DNA from: a virus
Taxonomy: Duplodnaviria; Heunggongvirae; Uroviricota; Caudoviricetes
IMG/VR virus record: IMGVR_UViG_2778261224_000004
DNA: 47,754 nucleotides
Strand: one strand, 5' to 3'
The notes beneath the pieces were generated by a model. The model saw only the letters and a list, made by a program, of their open reading frames with translations. It had not been told where the DNA came from and made no database searches. This document shows positions 10,923-21,449 of this stretch, one piece after another. A program made the position numbers and the translations under genes. Numbering within the stretch: position 1 is the first letter of the stretch; each line of letters begins with the position of its first letter.

Positions 10923-11170
10923 ACTTTAACAAAGTCTTTCGCTGGTAATCCATTCAGATACTCTATTGGACGACCAATACAGCGAGCAGCCAAGGCTGCA
11001 TGGACTTTATTATCAAGTGATGTTTGAACTGAAACATGCCCTTGAGATTGCAGTAAGTCCGATACCTCTAAAATATCACTGCCTTTTAGGTTGTCTAAAT
11101 CAAGGTTGAGTTCAGTCACTGGCTCAAAGTCTTCAAAACGATATTCTTTACTTAATTTAACGGTTTCCAT
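10889..11170 (-). CDS. Tail assembly chaperone (P2 gpE-like)
   Basis: 93-aa ORF between tail tube and tape measure genes, with frameshift partner downstream. Confidence 0.6.
   Translation of the reverse strand: METVKLSKEYRFEDFEPVTELNLDLDNLKGSDILEVSDLLQSQGHVSVQTSLDNKVHAALAARCIGRPIEYLNGLPAKDFVKVCQKVQNFLLS
10898..10904 (-). other. Slippery heptamer T_TTT_TTG for programmed -1 ribosomal frameshift
   Basis: Minus-strand codons AAT TTT TTG 5 codons before the chaperone stop; same heptamer as the P2 E/E' shift site. Confidence 0.55.
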
Positions 11171-11179
11171 TTTTTCACC

Positions 11180-11701
11180 TTATAAACCTAAATCATCACG
11201 AACAGTTTTTAATATATCTTCGCCATCAAAGATACAAATAAAGTTCAACTTATCAATTTCTAAGACTTCTTTCCCATCAATAAATAATTTGATATAGAGA
11301 ACTTCGAATTCATTTTCTGAATCAGTGGCCTTTGCTACCTGTAGCGAACCTAAATCCAGTTTTTTAGGGTTTAGCTTCATTGAAGCCCGAATAGGAACCG
11401 TTTTATATTTTCCTGTTCCTGCATCATAAACCTGCTGGCTACCGCGAAAATCTACCTGATGCGATGAGGATAGAAATAATTTTGTACCAGCAGAGGTCAG
11501 AGTTCGCCATTTAAGAGAGACAGTCATTGGTTTGAAATGCCCCAGCGTTCCGCTCTCAAGCTCTCCAGCGATACCTGCACCACTAACAGTTTCTGTCATC
11601 ATCTCAATTGATGGCAGCTTTGCGTCAGCAACACCGATAATACGGTTTCCTTCACCGTATACTGTAAAGTTAATAAGTCTCTCAGGAATTTGATTGCTCA
11701 A
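11180..11701 (-). CDS. Major tail tube protein (P2 FII / Mu gp40-like)
   Basis: 173-aa ORF directly downstream of sheath gene. Confidence 0.7.
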   Translation of the reverse strand: MSNQIPERLINFTVYGEGNRIIGVADAKLPSIEMMTETVSGAGIAGELESGTLGHFKPMTVSLKWRTLTSAGTKLFLSSSHQVDFRGSQQVYDAGTGKYKTVPIRASMKLNPKKLDLGSLQVAKATDSENEFEVLYIKLFIDGKEVLEIDKLNFICIFDGEDILKTVRDDLGL

Positions 11702-11717
11702 AGCAACCTCCTATTAT

Positions 11718-13181
11718 TTATTCAGAAAACAAGTTCAGCAGATAATCAGGATTATATTCCATGACGAACTCTATATCTCTGGCAGGTGAGAATGGTGTCA
11801 TTTTCACATGGAATTTAACAATCCCGTCCATCAATGACGTAATCGTGTTTTCAGACTGATCAAAGGTAACAACACCACCTGCAATATCCTGATTACCAGT
11901 GAGGCCGTTAAGCCAAATATTCGCACTAGTAACAATCGATTCAATTAATCGACGGTTTGCAGGATTGTCTATTTTTGACCAATGCGAAAGAATTAACGTA
12001 TTACCCACCCAGTTAAACATACGTCGGCAAACACGAAATGCGTCTTTGGGGTCTGTAGATGTTGGATAAATAGCATTACGGTTTCCCCATGATTTCCAAC
12101 CATCAAAATTAAGGCTTGTTACAATCCCCTGTCCATTTAAGTAGTTTGCCTGGCTAATGTTAAGCCATACCTCACTGCCATCTTTACGTACAGCACCGTC
12201 CATCTGTAGTTTTATATTTGACGGAGAACGTGATGGAATATCACCATACTGACTATCCAGCAAGCATGTTGCTGCCGCTAAATGGGTTGAGTGATGGTAA
12301 ATATTGTCACCAAGTTTCACCATCGGCCAGCACACTGTCTGGTTAGCTGCCATATGATTATTGTTCTGCTTCCATTCAGGAACAGCAGAATAATCACTGA
12401 TAGTAGATTTATCAGTCGGCGCATCGGTGATAGCTTCTGCTTTGAACAATTCACTAATCAGCGCAGCTTTAGCCGCCATTAGCTGGCCAACTTCACTATC
12501 AGAACTAAATCCAGGCGCAATCACTTGTCCTGGAACTAGTTTGAAGCGGGGATAAACATCCGACAGTAACTCAAGCCCCGTATTCGCTTTAGTGTTGGAA
12601 TCCACGCCACCAATAATATCGTTTTTAGTTACAGCCCCGGGATCAAGATACGTATAACTAACCTTAAGAGTGGCGTCTTTTTCAGTAACTTTTCCTCCGC
12701 TAATAGCGGTAATGACCGTATAGCCATTATCATCCAGCGCCAGTACATAATCTGTATCAACCGTTAACCCTGGAGAATCACCATCTGCTTTTTTCACAAC
12801 AACAGATTTATATAAGACACCATCGTTAGAGAGCGTACCTTTCCCGCCAGAAAGTTTTACTACCTCATCAGTTACGTCTTTCTTATGCTTTGCTGGATCA
12901 AGCACATTGATAAATACAACTGGCGCAACACCATATATTCCAAATGCGACTTTAATTACTTCGCTTAAAGTATATTTCTCGAAGTTTGTGCTATATCCTA
13001 TTTTAGATACGGCCTCTGCGTATGTATAAGCAATGATAGGTTTATTTACCGCTGAGGCTGGATCTTCTAACTGATTAACAGGAGCTGTACCAAATGCGAC
13101 AATCAACCCAGCACTAACTTGTACTGGAGGAGTTATAGATGTAGCCAGCTCAGATATATAAATACCGTGGCGATATCCCAT
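11718..13181 (-). CDS. Contractile tail sheath protein
   Basis: 487-aa ORF, sheath-like size and composition, upstream of tube gene. Confidence 0.8.
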   Translation of the reverse strand: MGYRHGIYISELATSITPPVQVSAGLIVAFGTAPVNQLEDPASAVNKPIIAYTYAEAVSKIGYSTNFEKYTLSEVIKVAFGIYGVAPVVFINVLDPAKHKKDVTDEVVKLSGGKGTLSNDGVLYKSVVVKKADGDSPGLTVDTDYVLALDDNGYTVITAISGGKVTEKDATLKVSYTYLDPGAVTKNDIIGGVDSNTKANTGLELLSDVYPRFKLVPGQVIAPGFSSDSEVGQLMAAKAALISELFKAEAITDAPTDKSTISDYSAVPEWKQNNNHMAANQTVCWPMVKLGDNIYHHSTHLAAATCLLDSQYGDIPSRSPSNIKLQMDGAVRKDGSEVWLNISQANYLNGQGIVTSLNFDGWKSWGNRNAIYPTSTDPKDAFRVCRRMFNWVGNTLILSHWSKIDNPANRRLIESIVTSANIWLNGLTGNQDIAGGVVTFDQSENTITSLMDGIVKFHVKMTPFSPARDIEFVMEYNPDYLLNLFSE

Positions 13182-13471
13182 TATTTAATCTCCATGATAG
13201 AAGAAGAAACTCTAGAGTACATTACATACTCGACACTGGTTTTATCAGAAAGTCTTTTTTCTGCATCTGAAAAATCACTGGTTGCCACAAACAAACACTT
13301 TGCACCAGGAATATGTGATATTAATTTTTCACACTCTGGAGATAAGCCATTCTTAAATAGTTTATGCTTCAAAATTGAGAGTTGAGGGATTGTTGGCCCT
13401 ATATATACAAATGTTTGAGCAACATCTTCCTTCTTTTCTATATCTTCTTTACTACTTTTCTTATTAGCCAT
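13181..13471 (-). CDS. Hypothetical protein (head-tail joining region)
   Basis: 96-aa ORF, start overlaps sheath gene stop. Confidence 0.4.
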   Translation of the reverse strand: MANKKSSKEDIEKKEDVAQTFVYIGPTIPQLSILKHKLFKNGLSPECEKLISHIPGAKCLFVATSDFSDAEKRLSDKTSVEYVMYSRVSSSIMEIK

Positions 13472-13957
13472 TTAGATAAACTCCTGAGACTGAATATTCT
13501 GAGGCTTTAATACTAGCCACGTTCCAGTTGCTTCCGTTATCCAATATGGATATGGTTGATCATCAAACATTCGCCATCTGATATCACCCTGAAAGAGAAA
13601 TTTCTCTTCAAGTAAAGGCTTCTCCTGAAAATGAAACATCATCCTTTCAAGAAGAGCCATTACCCATTCATATCCAGTATGGTCCTCACAAAAACCACCT
13701 AGAAGAAACTTAACCTTAACTTCATCCGTTTCAGGCTGCATTCCTCCTTCCGTGGGCCTGATAATCACATGAGGAAATTCTGGCGGTTTATCTGGAGATG
13801 GTTGTGATTTAGGAGGCAAGTACCCTTTAAATATTGTTGGAACAAACAATTTAATATCGCTGTCTGTTTCATCATAAGGAGGCCCCTGCACTAATAAATC
13901 ATGGAAAACCTCATGTTCCAACCGATTTTTTATTGCATCTATCAAAAGATTAATCAA
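13472..13957 (-). CDS. Hypothetical protein (possible tail completion/terminator)
   Basis: 161-aa ORF in head-tail connector block. Confidence 0.4.
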   Translation of the reverse strand: MINLLIDAIKNRLEHEVFHDLLVQGPPYDETDSDIKLFVPTIFKGYLPPKSQPSPDKPPEFPHVIIRPTEGGMQPETDEVKVKFLLGGFCEDHTGYEWVMALLERMMFHFQEKPLLEEKFLFQGDIRWRMFDDQPYPYWITEATGTWLVLKPQNIQSQEFI

Positions 13958-14298
13958 ATCGGCATTCCTCTGTTAGTATTAACAGTGAGAGTTATTTCCA
14001 ATACACCAACATTATCTGATACTTCATCAACAATATAATTTTTACCGTTGATTTTCATTGACTGGTCTTTGACAGGGAGAACAGGAAAATCTTTTCTTGA
14101 AACAAATAATATTATTTGCCCCTGATTTATTCCCTCTGCAAACTCAGCATATGAGCGTTTATTCCGCTCATGAATAAGGTCTGTATCAATAACGGCAAGG
14201 ATATCCTTGCCGTCTATGTTATATGTATCGGCAAACTCTTTTTCATTGAGGAATATTGCAGAAATATCTTGCGCTATAACCTCTTTGAAGGAGTTCAT
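13954..14298 (-). CDS. Hypothetical protein (possible head-tail adaptor)
   Basis: 114-aa ORF, overlapping start/stop coupling. Confidence 0.4.
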   Translation of the reverse strand: MNSFKEVIAQDISAIFLNEKEFADTYNIDGKDILAVIDTDLIHERNKRSYAEFAEGINQGQIILFVSRKDFPVLPVKDQSMKINGKNYIVDEVSDNVGVLEITLTVNTNRGMPI

Positions 14299-14690
14299 TA
14301 CTTCTTATTACCTTTTTTTTGCGTTGATTTTTTCGCATTACTGGTATCAGAAGTAGCTACAGATTCAGATGAATCATCAGCAACCATTTCCTCATTGCCG
14401 CCATCATCCTCAAACTCAACCTCGAATACACAGCTACCCGCCTCCGTTCGCGTAATCAACCCCGCGTCCACAGCATCATTAACAGCAGATGCGTATCCAT
14501 GCTCAAAAGCTAACTTAGCAGCATCATAGCCCCCAGCCGATGCCAAATCACCATCCTCTTCGGTGGCAATAGCATGTCCTGACGCAATCAGTTCGGCAAT
14601 TCTGGAGTTATCCATTAGCCCATTAAGCAAACGGCCCGCTTTTAGCGAGCCGTGGCTTATCGTATCAATGTTTTTAATCAGTCTGGCCAT
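14298..14690 (-). CDS. Hypothetical acidic protein downstream of capsid gene
   Basis: 130-aa ORF with acidic C-terminal tail. Confidence 0.4.
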   Translation of the reverse strand: MARLIKNIDTISHGSLKAGRLLNGLMDNSRIAELIASGHAIATEEDGDLASAGGYDAAKLAFEHGYASAVNDAVDAGLITRTEAGSCVFEVEFEDDGGNEEMVADDSSESVATSDTSNAKKSTQKKGNKK

Positions 14691-15734
14691 TTAAACCACC
14701 TTAGCCACCAGATAGGCATCAGCCACACCAGGATTAGGCAGTGGAGATGACTTCATGGCAACATAACGGCCAGCCGGCTTACGAGTTACCCAGGTGTCTG
14801 GAACTCGTGGTGACTCAACAATCGTTAGAGTCTTTTCGGCGTCATCTACAAGCTCTACAGCACCATACAGCATCGTTCCTCGACCAGGAGAGCCAAAGAG
14901 GATCTTATCTTCCGGTACTAATGGTTCAGGTTTTCCTGTTTTATCATTGCGAATAAGTTCGTCGTAACCATAAAAATCGACACCTTCAAGATTGCCATAA
15001 TGAGTTACGCCTTCTTCTAACTCTTTAGGCTCAATATACCCAAGCTCTTTTCGGCGATTATCAAGATATTTAGTTACTGCTTCATTTTTAACGAAGGCAT
15101 CAACAACTTTTGCGCCCATTACGGCAACACGAGGTGTAAAACCTGAAGTTAGTGATACCCGACGTTTCCAGTTGCGAACATTGACTAACGGATCTGATTT
15201 TGCTGCACTCCATAAATCATCACCTGTCAGTTCAAGATATGGTTTATCTCCTTCCTCTTCAGGCCAAAAATAAACTGTGTCATCCACTCCTTCACCAACA
15301 ATATCAACCTGCCCCGTAAACAAGACTTGTGCACACATCCATTCTTCACGGCGGTTAACCATTTCATCAAGCTCAAGCAAATCTTTACCTAATTGCTCGG
15401 CGGCTCGTTCTGCTGGCGATTTTGCGTTGTAAATATTCTCACCCGGAAGCCTGTTTAAAAGCAGCTCGGCTGTTGTTACCAAATCAGGTGCAACAAGTGG
15501 TGGCTCCAGAGTTCTCGTTACAAAGCCGCGTCGCTCAACGGTTTTTGAGCCAAAACCTTTACCAACAAACGGAGCCATAGTACGGCCACCGCGAACAAAA
15601 TCCAGATCAACTTTCTTTGTATTAAAGGTCTGAACACCAGGAAAAAAGGTACGAAGAAGAAAACGACGAGCCTTGAAATTCTGAATAACAGGCTCAAGCA
15701 TCGTACGTCGTTCAAAAATATCAATATTCGGCAT
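14691..15734 (-). CDS. Major capsid protein, lambda gpE-like
   Basis: 347-aa ORF; size and position after decoration gene match the lambda E family. Confidence 0.8.
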   Translation of the reverse strand: MPNIDIFERRTMLEPVIQNFKARRFLLRTFFPGVQTFNTKKVDLDFVRGGRTMAPFVGKGFGSKTVERRGFVTRTLEPPLVAPDLVTTAELLLNRLPGENIYNAKSPAERAAEQLGKDLLELDEMVNRREEWMCAQVLFTGQVDIVGEGVDDTVYFWPEEEGDKPYLELTGDDLWSAAKSDPLVNVRNWKRRVSLTSGFTPRVAVMGAKVVDAFVKNEAVTKYLDNRRKELGYIEPKELEEGVTHYGNLEGVDFYGYDELIRNDKTGKPEPLVPEDKILFGSPGRGTMLYGAVELVDDAEKTLTIVESPRVPDTWVTRKPAGRYVAMKSSPLPNPGVADAYLVAKVV

Positions 15735-15754
15735 AAAAATACGACCTCTTTATA

Positions 15755-16138
15755 TTATGCAGATGGATTTTGTTGTGCGGTATTAAGGAATATTCCAACC
15801 TTCCGGCAAGCCAGATATACATCGGCAACTTTTGCTGATTCAGGAAGGATAACCGCATGTGCATTGAACATTCCGGTCAGCCATGCTGTTCCGACTTGCG
15901 CTGAATCAGTCGCATCAATATTGTGTTGAGCGATACAATACGGTTCTTTTGCCTCCCCTTCACCAGAGAGATTTATTGGCGCCACAGTGACAACATTTGT
16001 TGTCTGATCAATACTGACAAAAGCAAGTAACTCACCCCGTTTTACTTTACCGCTGGCAAGTTTAATACTTGTTGGAATTGCTGGCATACCACCAGAAATA
16101 ATCAGATTATCTGGTTCAAATGAAAAAGACTCTCGCAT
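15755..16138 (-). CDS. Head decoration protein, lambda gpD-like
   Basis: 127-aa ORF between protease and capsid genes. Confidence 0.65.
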   Translation of the reverse strand: MRESFSFEPDNLIISGGMPAIPTSIKLASGKVKRGELLAFVSIDQTTNVVTVAPINLSGEGEAKEPYCIAQHNIDATDSAQVGTAWLTGMFNAHAVILPESAKVADVYLACRKVGIFLNTAQQNPSA

Positions 16139-16147
16139 AAACTCACC

Positions 16148-17236
16148 TTAATTTTTATCGCGGTTTTTAAATACTGACCCAATAACATTTTTTACTGCTT
16201 CAGCCTGTTTGTTGCCGTTGTTTTCTGGTTGATTAACATCAACTGAATCATTCACCTCACTTGCGTCTTCTTGCCGTTGATTAAGAAAGTTTTTGTTACG
16301 CGCTCGCTCTGCATTCATAATTTCCAAAGCAAGTTCAGCCGCAGAAACTCCTGTTTTGAATTTTGCATTCTTAACCAGGTCGTCATGACCAGGAATCACG
16401 CTATTCTCGATTGTTTCAATGCGCTCGCGTTCTGATTTAACGCCCTCGTCTTTACCAGCATTAAAAACCTGATTGTATAATTCTGGATATTTATTTTTTA
16501 ATTCATCAAGAGTCACAATATCGTCCTCATTTTGTTCATTTGATTCAGTAGATAACTCATTTTTATTTTGCGGCAACTTTGCGAGTGAATCAGGTAATTT
16601 TGAAAACCTTGATGCTTCAAAAGTTATTCCATTAAGCGAAAGCATCCCTTCCTTTATAGAAGCGGATAAGCGTATTGGTTTTTCAACTTCGTCAGCAAAT
16701 CCAAGCTCTACAGCCTCTTCTGCATTTAGCCATGTTTCCTGATCCATTAGTTCAATTAATTTATCCTCAGAAAGCCCTGTTTTCTCCTTATATGCAGATA
16801 AAATACTATTGCGTATCTTATCCATCATCTCAGCAATATCACGCAATTCATCCGCATCGCCAGCAGCAAATGTCCACGGATTATGGATCATCATCATAGC
16901 ATTAGATGGGATAATAATTTTATCACCCGCCATTGCAATAATAGTTGCAGCCGATGCAGCAATCCCGTCGATATAAACCGTAATATTCGCCTTATGACGC
17001 TTCAATGATGAAAGAATAGCTTGAGCAGTAAAAACAGAACCACCATAACTATTAATTTTTACGTTGATAGTATTTGATGAAATATCCTTTAATTTATTAA
17101 CTATGTCAGAAGAAGAAACCTCATCAAATTCACCAATATACCCGTAAATTAAAAGTTCAGCCGGAGAGTCATCTTCACCCGTGCTATTTTTTATTTCCCA
17201 CCAATTAGGCATCATCAGTCTCCATATTTTGTTCAT
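16148..17236 (-). CDS. Prohead protease / scaffold (ClpP/S49-like, lambda gpC-like)
   Basis: 362-aa ORF; N-terminal ClpP-like core (IYGYIGEF...NSYGGSV...DGIAASAA) followed by charged scaffold-like C-terminus. Confidence 0.75.
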   Translation of the reverse strand: MNKIWRLMMPNWWEIKNSTGEDDSPAELLIYGYIGEFDEVSSSDIVNKLKDISSNTINVKINSYGGSVFTAQAILSSLKRHKANITVYIDGIAASAATIIAMAGDKIIIPSNAMMMIHNPWTFAAGDADELRDIAEMMDKIRNSILSAYKEKTGLSEDKLIELMDQETWLNAEEAVELGFADEVEKPIRLSASIKEGMLSLNGITFEASRFSKLPDSLAKLPQNKNELSTESNEQNEDDIVTLDELKNKYPELYNQVFNAGKDEGVKSERERIETIENSVIPGHDDLVKNAKFKTGVSAAELALEIMNAERARNKNFLNQRQEDASEVNDSVDVNQPENNGNKQAEAVKNVIGSVFKNRDKN

Positions 17237-18779
17237 TTACCTCAGAAACAGGAGGTGTAATAAGCCCCAACTCACGGCGAGCATTCTCTTCTCTGCCACA
17301 GATTTGTGCGGTTTCTTCCCAGTTAAGACCTGACATTTCAGCCGCTTCTTTTTCACGGGTAGAGAATGTTTCCTCAACACGCAGTTTTGCAGCTTTGACT
17401 TCTTTAAGGGGATCTAATTGGCCTTGTGATGGGCCATACCATTGAGCGCCACTCCATGCAGCGCGATATTTAGGCCCATAAAAAAAACCAGGGGCAATAA
17501 CACGACCTTTAGCAACGGCTTCGGCCAACCATTCCTCATAGATCGGTTGGCAAAATGACTGAACCATCCAGTCACGTCGCATACGGAACATTTTCCAGGC
17601 TTCAAGTAATGCGGCCCTGCTTGCGCTATAACTTGCTGTAAAATGCTTTACCAAGAGTTCGTAAGGGAGTTCTAAAGCAGCCCCAATTTGACGGCATATG
17701 GCGACAACAAAACCATCAAATGCCGTATTTGGTCGCCCGGGATTTGCTGTATCTATCGACTCACCTTCACCCAAACTTACTATGGAGCCATTCCCCATTT
17801 CTTGGGTGTTATCATCATGGTTATCGATCTGCTCGTACTGAGGGATACCCGATTCACCGACTGGCCCATCAGGAGCGTCTGTTTTAATAAAGACAGTAAA
17901 CATCCCTGACACAACCGCAGCAACCAATTCAGCATCGGTGTATCGTCCTAACTGCTTCAATGCTTCAATTACAGGAGCAAGGACAGGAACGCCACGGCGT
18001 TGCCCAGGCCTTTCAAAATCCTGCATGACATGCAGAATATTTCTTCTTCCTGTTTTACTCCCATATGCGGGAATACGTTCCCACTTGCGGGTTACAAAAC
18101 CAGAAGTCCCGGCTGGGTGATGTTTTGCAACCCAGTACGCCACAGGCTCGCTAAATTCACCAACCTCTACGCCACCGTAAAGATTTGGTATAAAACGATC
18201 CTCTGGATTGCAAACACGATCACCTTCAATTAAATAGACGCACAAATCATATATAACACCCTTACGCTTAATAACTGGTAGCGCAGCAAATATATCGCCA
18301 GATGTTAACGCAGATATTTGGACCAATGATTGCAATTGTCCAAAAGTACACATTCTTGATGCATCACAATTTGGAGAATCAGCCCATAATCTAAACTCAC
18401 GCTCAACATGCTTTTCCCATGCTCGCGCTTCTTCCTGCGTCATCCCCAAGAAATCGGCATCAATGTTCGCATTTAGTTTTAAACCGGAACCAACAACGTT
18501 TGTCCTGATAGTTTTTATTGCGCCAACAGATAGCGGGTTTCCCATGAAGAGATCACGAGAACGCTCACGCAATTTATCTATATTTTTAACAATATCATCA
18601 TCAGGAGAACCAGCTTTACTAAACCAACCCCTTAATGATTTTTTATGAGTGCTTGCACCATGACGTGAATATCCAAGGTTATTAATACCTTCAAGTGCTT
18701 CTAACCGTTTTCTTGCCAAAGCTCGATTTAATGCCCTCTGAGGTGAAAACGGCGCAATAACTCGATCAAGAATATTCAT
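17205..18779 (-). CDS. Portal protein, lambda gpB-like
   Basis: 524-aa ORF between gpW-like and protease genes. Confidence 0.8.
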   Translation of the reverse strand: MNILDRVIAPFSPQRALNRALARKRLEALEGINNLGYSRHGASTHKKSLRGWFSKAGSPDDDIVKNIDKLRERSRDLFMGNPLSVGAIKTIRTNVVGSGLKLNANIDADFLGMTQEEARAWEKHVEREFRLWADSPNCDASRMCTFGQLQSLVQISALTSGDIFAALPVIKRKGVIYDLCVYLIEGDRVCNPEDRFIPNLYGGVEVGEFSEPVAYWVAKHHPAGTSGFVTRKWERIPAYGSKTGRRNILHVMQDFERPGQRRGVPVLAPVIEALKQLGRYTDAELVAAVVSGMFTVFIKTDAPDGPVGESGIPQYEQIDNHDDNTQEMGNGSIVSLGEGESIDTANPGRPNTAFDGFVVAICRQIGAALELPYELLVKHFTASYSASRAALLEAWKMFRMRRDWMVQSFCQPIYEEWLAEAVAKGRVIAPGFFYGPKYRAAWSGAQWYGPSQGQLDPLKEVKAAKLRVEETFSTREKEAAEMSGLNWEETAQICGREENARRELGLITPPVSEVNEQNMETDDA

Positions 18780-19015
18780 AAATCTCTTATCACCACTCGT
18801 TTAATTCGTGGGCCTCGGCGTACACCTGCTGATAATCTTTCTACTTCATTACGCCAGTAATCCATCTCTTTTCTGACTTCTGATAAATCCGCACGAGTTA
18901 ACTGCCGCGTACCAAATTTATATGACTGACCGCCAATAGCAATAGCGCGATATGCTTCCCGCCAGACAGATAACATCTCTCTGGCTTCAGTCAGAGAAAA
19001 TGCTTCATTGTTCAT
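18776..19015 (-). CDS. Head-tail joining protein, lambda gpW-like
   Basis: 79-aa ORF between terminase large subunit and portal. Confidence 0.6.
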   Translation of the reverse strand: MNNEAFSLTEAREMLSVWREAYRAIAIGGQSYKFGTRQLTRADLSEVRKEMDYWRNEVERLSAGVRRGPRIKRVVIRDL

Positions 19016-19026
19016 TTATATTTCCT

Positions 19027-20883
19027 CTATATGGTTACGCCTTTACTTATAACTCTACGGCGTCTTCTACGTATACCTGACGAGTTCTGCACATACACAT
19101 TACCTCGCATTTCCTGTTCGGCAAGCCAGTTAAAATTAGGGTTCAGAATTTCCATCGCGGCAGTTGCATAGTTACGGCAATCAAGAGGCTCGTTACGCTC
19201 GTAGACTTTCACCCACTTTTCTTTTGTCTGCCCATTTTTATATTCAAATATTTTTTTCTCTGATAATAATCCTTTAAAGTATTCGGTATCATATCCTCTG
19301 TCAGAATCTAATGGGAAATGCATATAACCAGGACCAGGATCATGTAGTTTAATTCTTGCCATGATGGTCCCTTTACCATCATCAACCCCCAAATTAAACA
19401 ACATAGCACCCACACGGTTATTATTACTTGGCTTTCCTATAAATGGTAAACCTACCCCACCACGCCCCCTGATAGAGTATATTCGCCTTGATTCTCTCGG
19501 CTTAGTAAAGCGATATACCTCTGTCGTAAAATGCCCACCAGAGTCAATACAAACGGAAGAAATCTGTAATTTTCGACCGTCACGGAATGACCAGCTACGG
19601 AGTAAGTATTCATCAAGTTGTTTCCAGACAACATCTTGTGCGGGATCACCTGGGAATATTTTATATTCTATCCCCCATGACTCCTTACCTTTTCCCCAAC
19701 CGACCAATTCACAAACTAAATACGTGTCCTGTACGTCAACACCAGCACTTAACAATAAAACATCATCTGGTAAAAACTCTTCAAACCTTATTCTGCGTTG
19801 CAACAAGTATTCAGGATCGATATCGTCTTTAGCATCCTCTTTCCATGGCTCACCCAGCTTAAGGTTAATAAACTCCATTAATCCATTTTTATCGCGGTTT
19901 CTGGTTGCTTCCGTAAATTCTTCAACCAGCTCTGACAATGCAACCCACGGGGAGTAAAGACTGTTAATATGAAAACCAACAATACCTTTAACTCCAGTAT
20001 GTTCAGCTATCCATACCCCCTTCGCCAACCAATCAACGTCTGGTTTACCAGATCCGCGCATAATCCCGCCGCACTCACAGCACTCATATCTGGCCGTTTC
20101 CGGTAACGCCTCACCTGAATCGCTCTTATCCCATCTGACTTGCGACCATTTCATCACCTGCATGGTGCCACAACATGGGCAAGGAACATGGTAGTAACGC
20201 TGATCGGAGAGCTTAAACCACTTGTGGATTTTGCTTGTTTCCTCCAAAACAGGAGTAGAAACAAAAACTTTCTTACGATTATGAAAGTTGGTAGTACGCT
20301 GAATACCTAGTTTTAGTGGGTCGCCCTCCTGCGTCACACCGTAACGATCAATCTCATCAGCTAACAGTATTCGAATTGGCCTGGATGCAAGACCTGCTGG
20401 GGAATTAGCACCAACAAGTGCTATATATCCACCAGCGTAATGCTTCATACGTATAGTCGTGCTGGACTTTTTGGCTGCACCGCGCCCCTCTTTCCCTTCA
20501 TGCAGCTTGTGTTTCAAACCAGGGGAATATTTGAACGTCGGATCAATACGCTCTTTTGAAAAAGCCTCAGCCGCCTCTACCGTTGGATAAATCATCAACT
20601 GAGGAGATGGCTCCTGATCTGCAAAGTAACCCATAACATTTAGCTGTAATTCGGATTTACCAATTTGCGAGCTACATTGCATCACTACTGTTTCTGTATC
20701 AGCGTCACCAATAACATCCATTGGTTCACGCAAATATGGCACTCGGCTTGTACGCCACGGCCCTGGCTCTGGAGACGTTCCCGGCGCTACATGACGATAC
20801 TTATCAGCCCATTCGGAAACAGTTAGCCGTGATTTAGGGCGAAGCGCACGGAAAAAAGCGGTGCTCCATACTGTTTCGCCCAT
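19027..20883 (-). CDS. Terminase large subunit, lambda gpA-like
   Basis: 618-aa ORF; N-terminal ..TVSEWADKY.. and ATPase region resemble the GpA terminase family. Confidence 0.85.
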   Translation of the reverse strand: MGETVWSTAFFRALRPKSRLTVSEWADKYRHVAPGTSPEPGPWRTSRVPYLREPMDVIGDADTETVVMQCSSQIGKSELQLNVMGYFADQEPSPQLMIYPTVEAAEAFSKERIDPTFKYSPGLKHKLHEGKEGRGAAKKSSTTIRMKHYAGGYIALVGANSPAGLASRPIRILLADEIDRYGVTQEGDPLKLGIQRTTNFHNRKKVFVSTPVLEETSKIHKWFKLSDQRYYHVPCPCCGTMQVMKWSQVRWDKSDSGEALPETARYECCECGGIMRGSGKPDVDWLAKGVWIAEHTGVKGIVGFHINSLYSPWVALSELVEEFTEATRNRDKNGLMEFINLKLGEPWKEDAKDDIDPEYLLQRRIRFEEFLPDDVLLLSAGVDVQDTYLVCELVGWGKGKESWGIEYKIFPGDPAQDVVWKQLDEYLLRSWSFRDGRKLQISSVCIDSGGHFTTEVYRFTKPRESRRIYSIRGRGGVGLPFIGKPSNNNRVGAMLFNLGVDDGKGTIMARIKLHDPGPGYMHFPLDSDRGYDTEYFKGLLSEKKIFEYKNGQTKEKWVKVYERNEPLDCRNYATAAMEILNPNFNWLAEQEMRGNVYVQNSSGIRRRRRRVISKGVTI

Positions 20884-20888
20884 GAGGT

Positions 20889-21449
20889 TTATTCTTCCTG
20901 CTTAATAAATCGGGATTCCTGGAGCGCCTGAAGCGCAAAATTAATCTCGTCTTCAATAATGCGCTCGATCTCCCTGGCTGTTTTGCCTTCACAACGGGGA
21001 GCTGCTCTTGGAGCAATACTAAATAAGCGGCTACGCAATTCATTAGCTGCCAGAAATGCATCATCCCTGACCGCATCTTTAGCGATGAGAGAGCCTTCCT
21101 TTTCTTCAAATTCAAGGCGTTTCAGCTTTGCCTGATAAATTTTTTCTGCGGTCTTAGCCTTGTTGAATTGCACCGCAACACCGGAAGTACCACCAGCTAA
21201 TCCGGCATCATCAGCGGGTAACTCTGGTTGTTCCGAAGATATCCCATGCCCTCTTTTTCCATTTTCAGCAGATACCTCACGACCAACCTGTCGGCTCGCT
21301 TCATAAGCCGCACTGGCTTTATCAAAATCCAGCTTGCCGCTTTTCAGCACTGGAATGCGACCGGAACGACAGAGCTTCGTAACCATTGCCGGAGAAATAC
21401 CTTTCCGGCGGGCAAACTCTGACTTACTGACGATGGCCATTACTTGCAA
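20889..21449 (-). CDS. Terminase small subunit (Nu1-like, N-terminal HTH)
   Basis: 186-aa ORF directly upstream of large terminase; N-terminal HTH-like SKSEFARRKGISPAMVTKL. Confidence 0.6.
   Translation of the reverse strand: MQVMAIVSKSEFARRKGISPAMVTKLCRSGRIPVLKSGKLDFDKASAAYEASRQVGREVSAENGKRGHGISSEQPELPADDAGLAGGTSGVAVQFNKAKTAEKIYQAKLKRLEFEEKEGSLIAKDAVRDDAFLAANELRSRLFSIAPRAAPRCEGKTAREIERIIEDEINFALQALQESRFIKQEE

Noticed and set aside
19361-19957. 198-aa plus-strand ORF inside the large terminase gene
   Set aside because: Lies antisense within a confidently assigned conserved gene, Ser/Pro-rich low-complexity translation; shadow ORF
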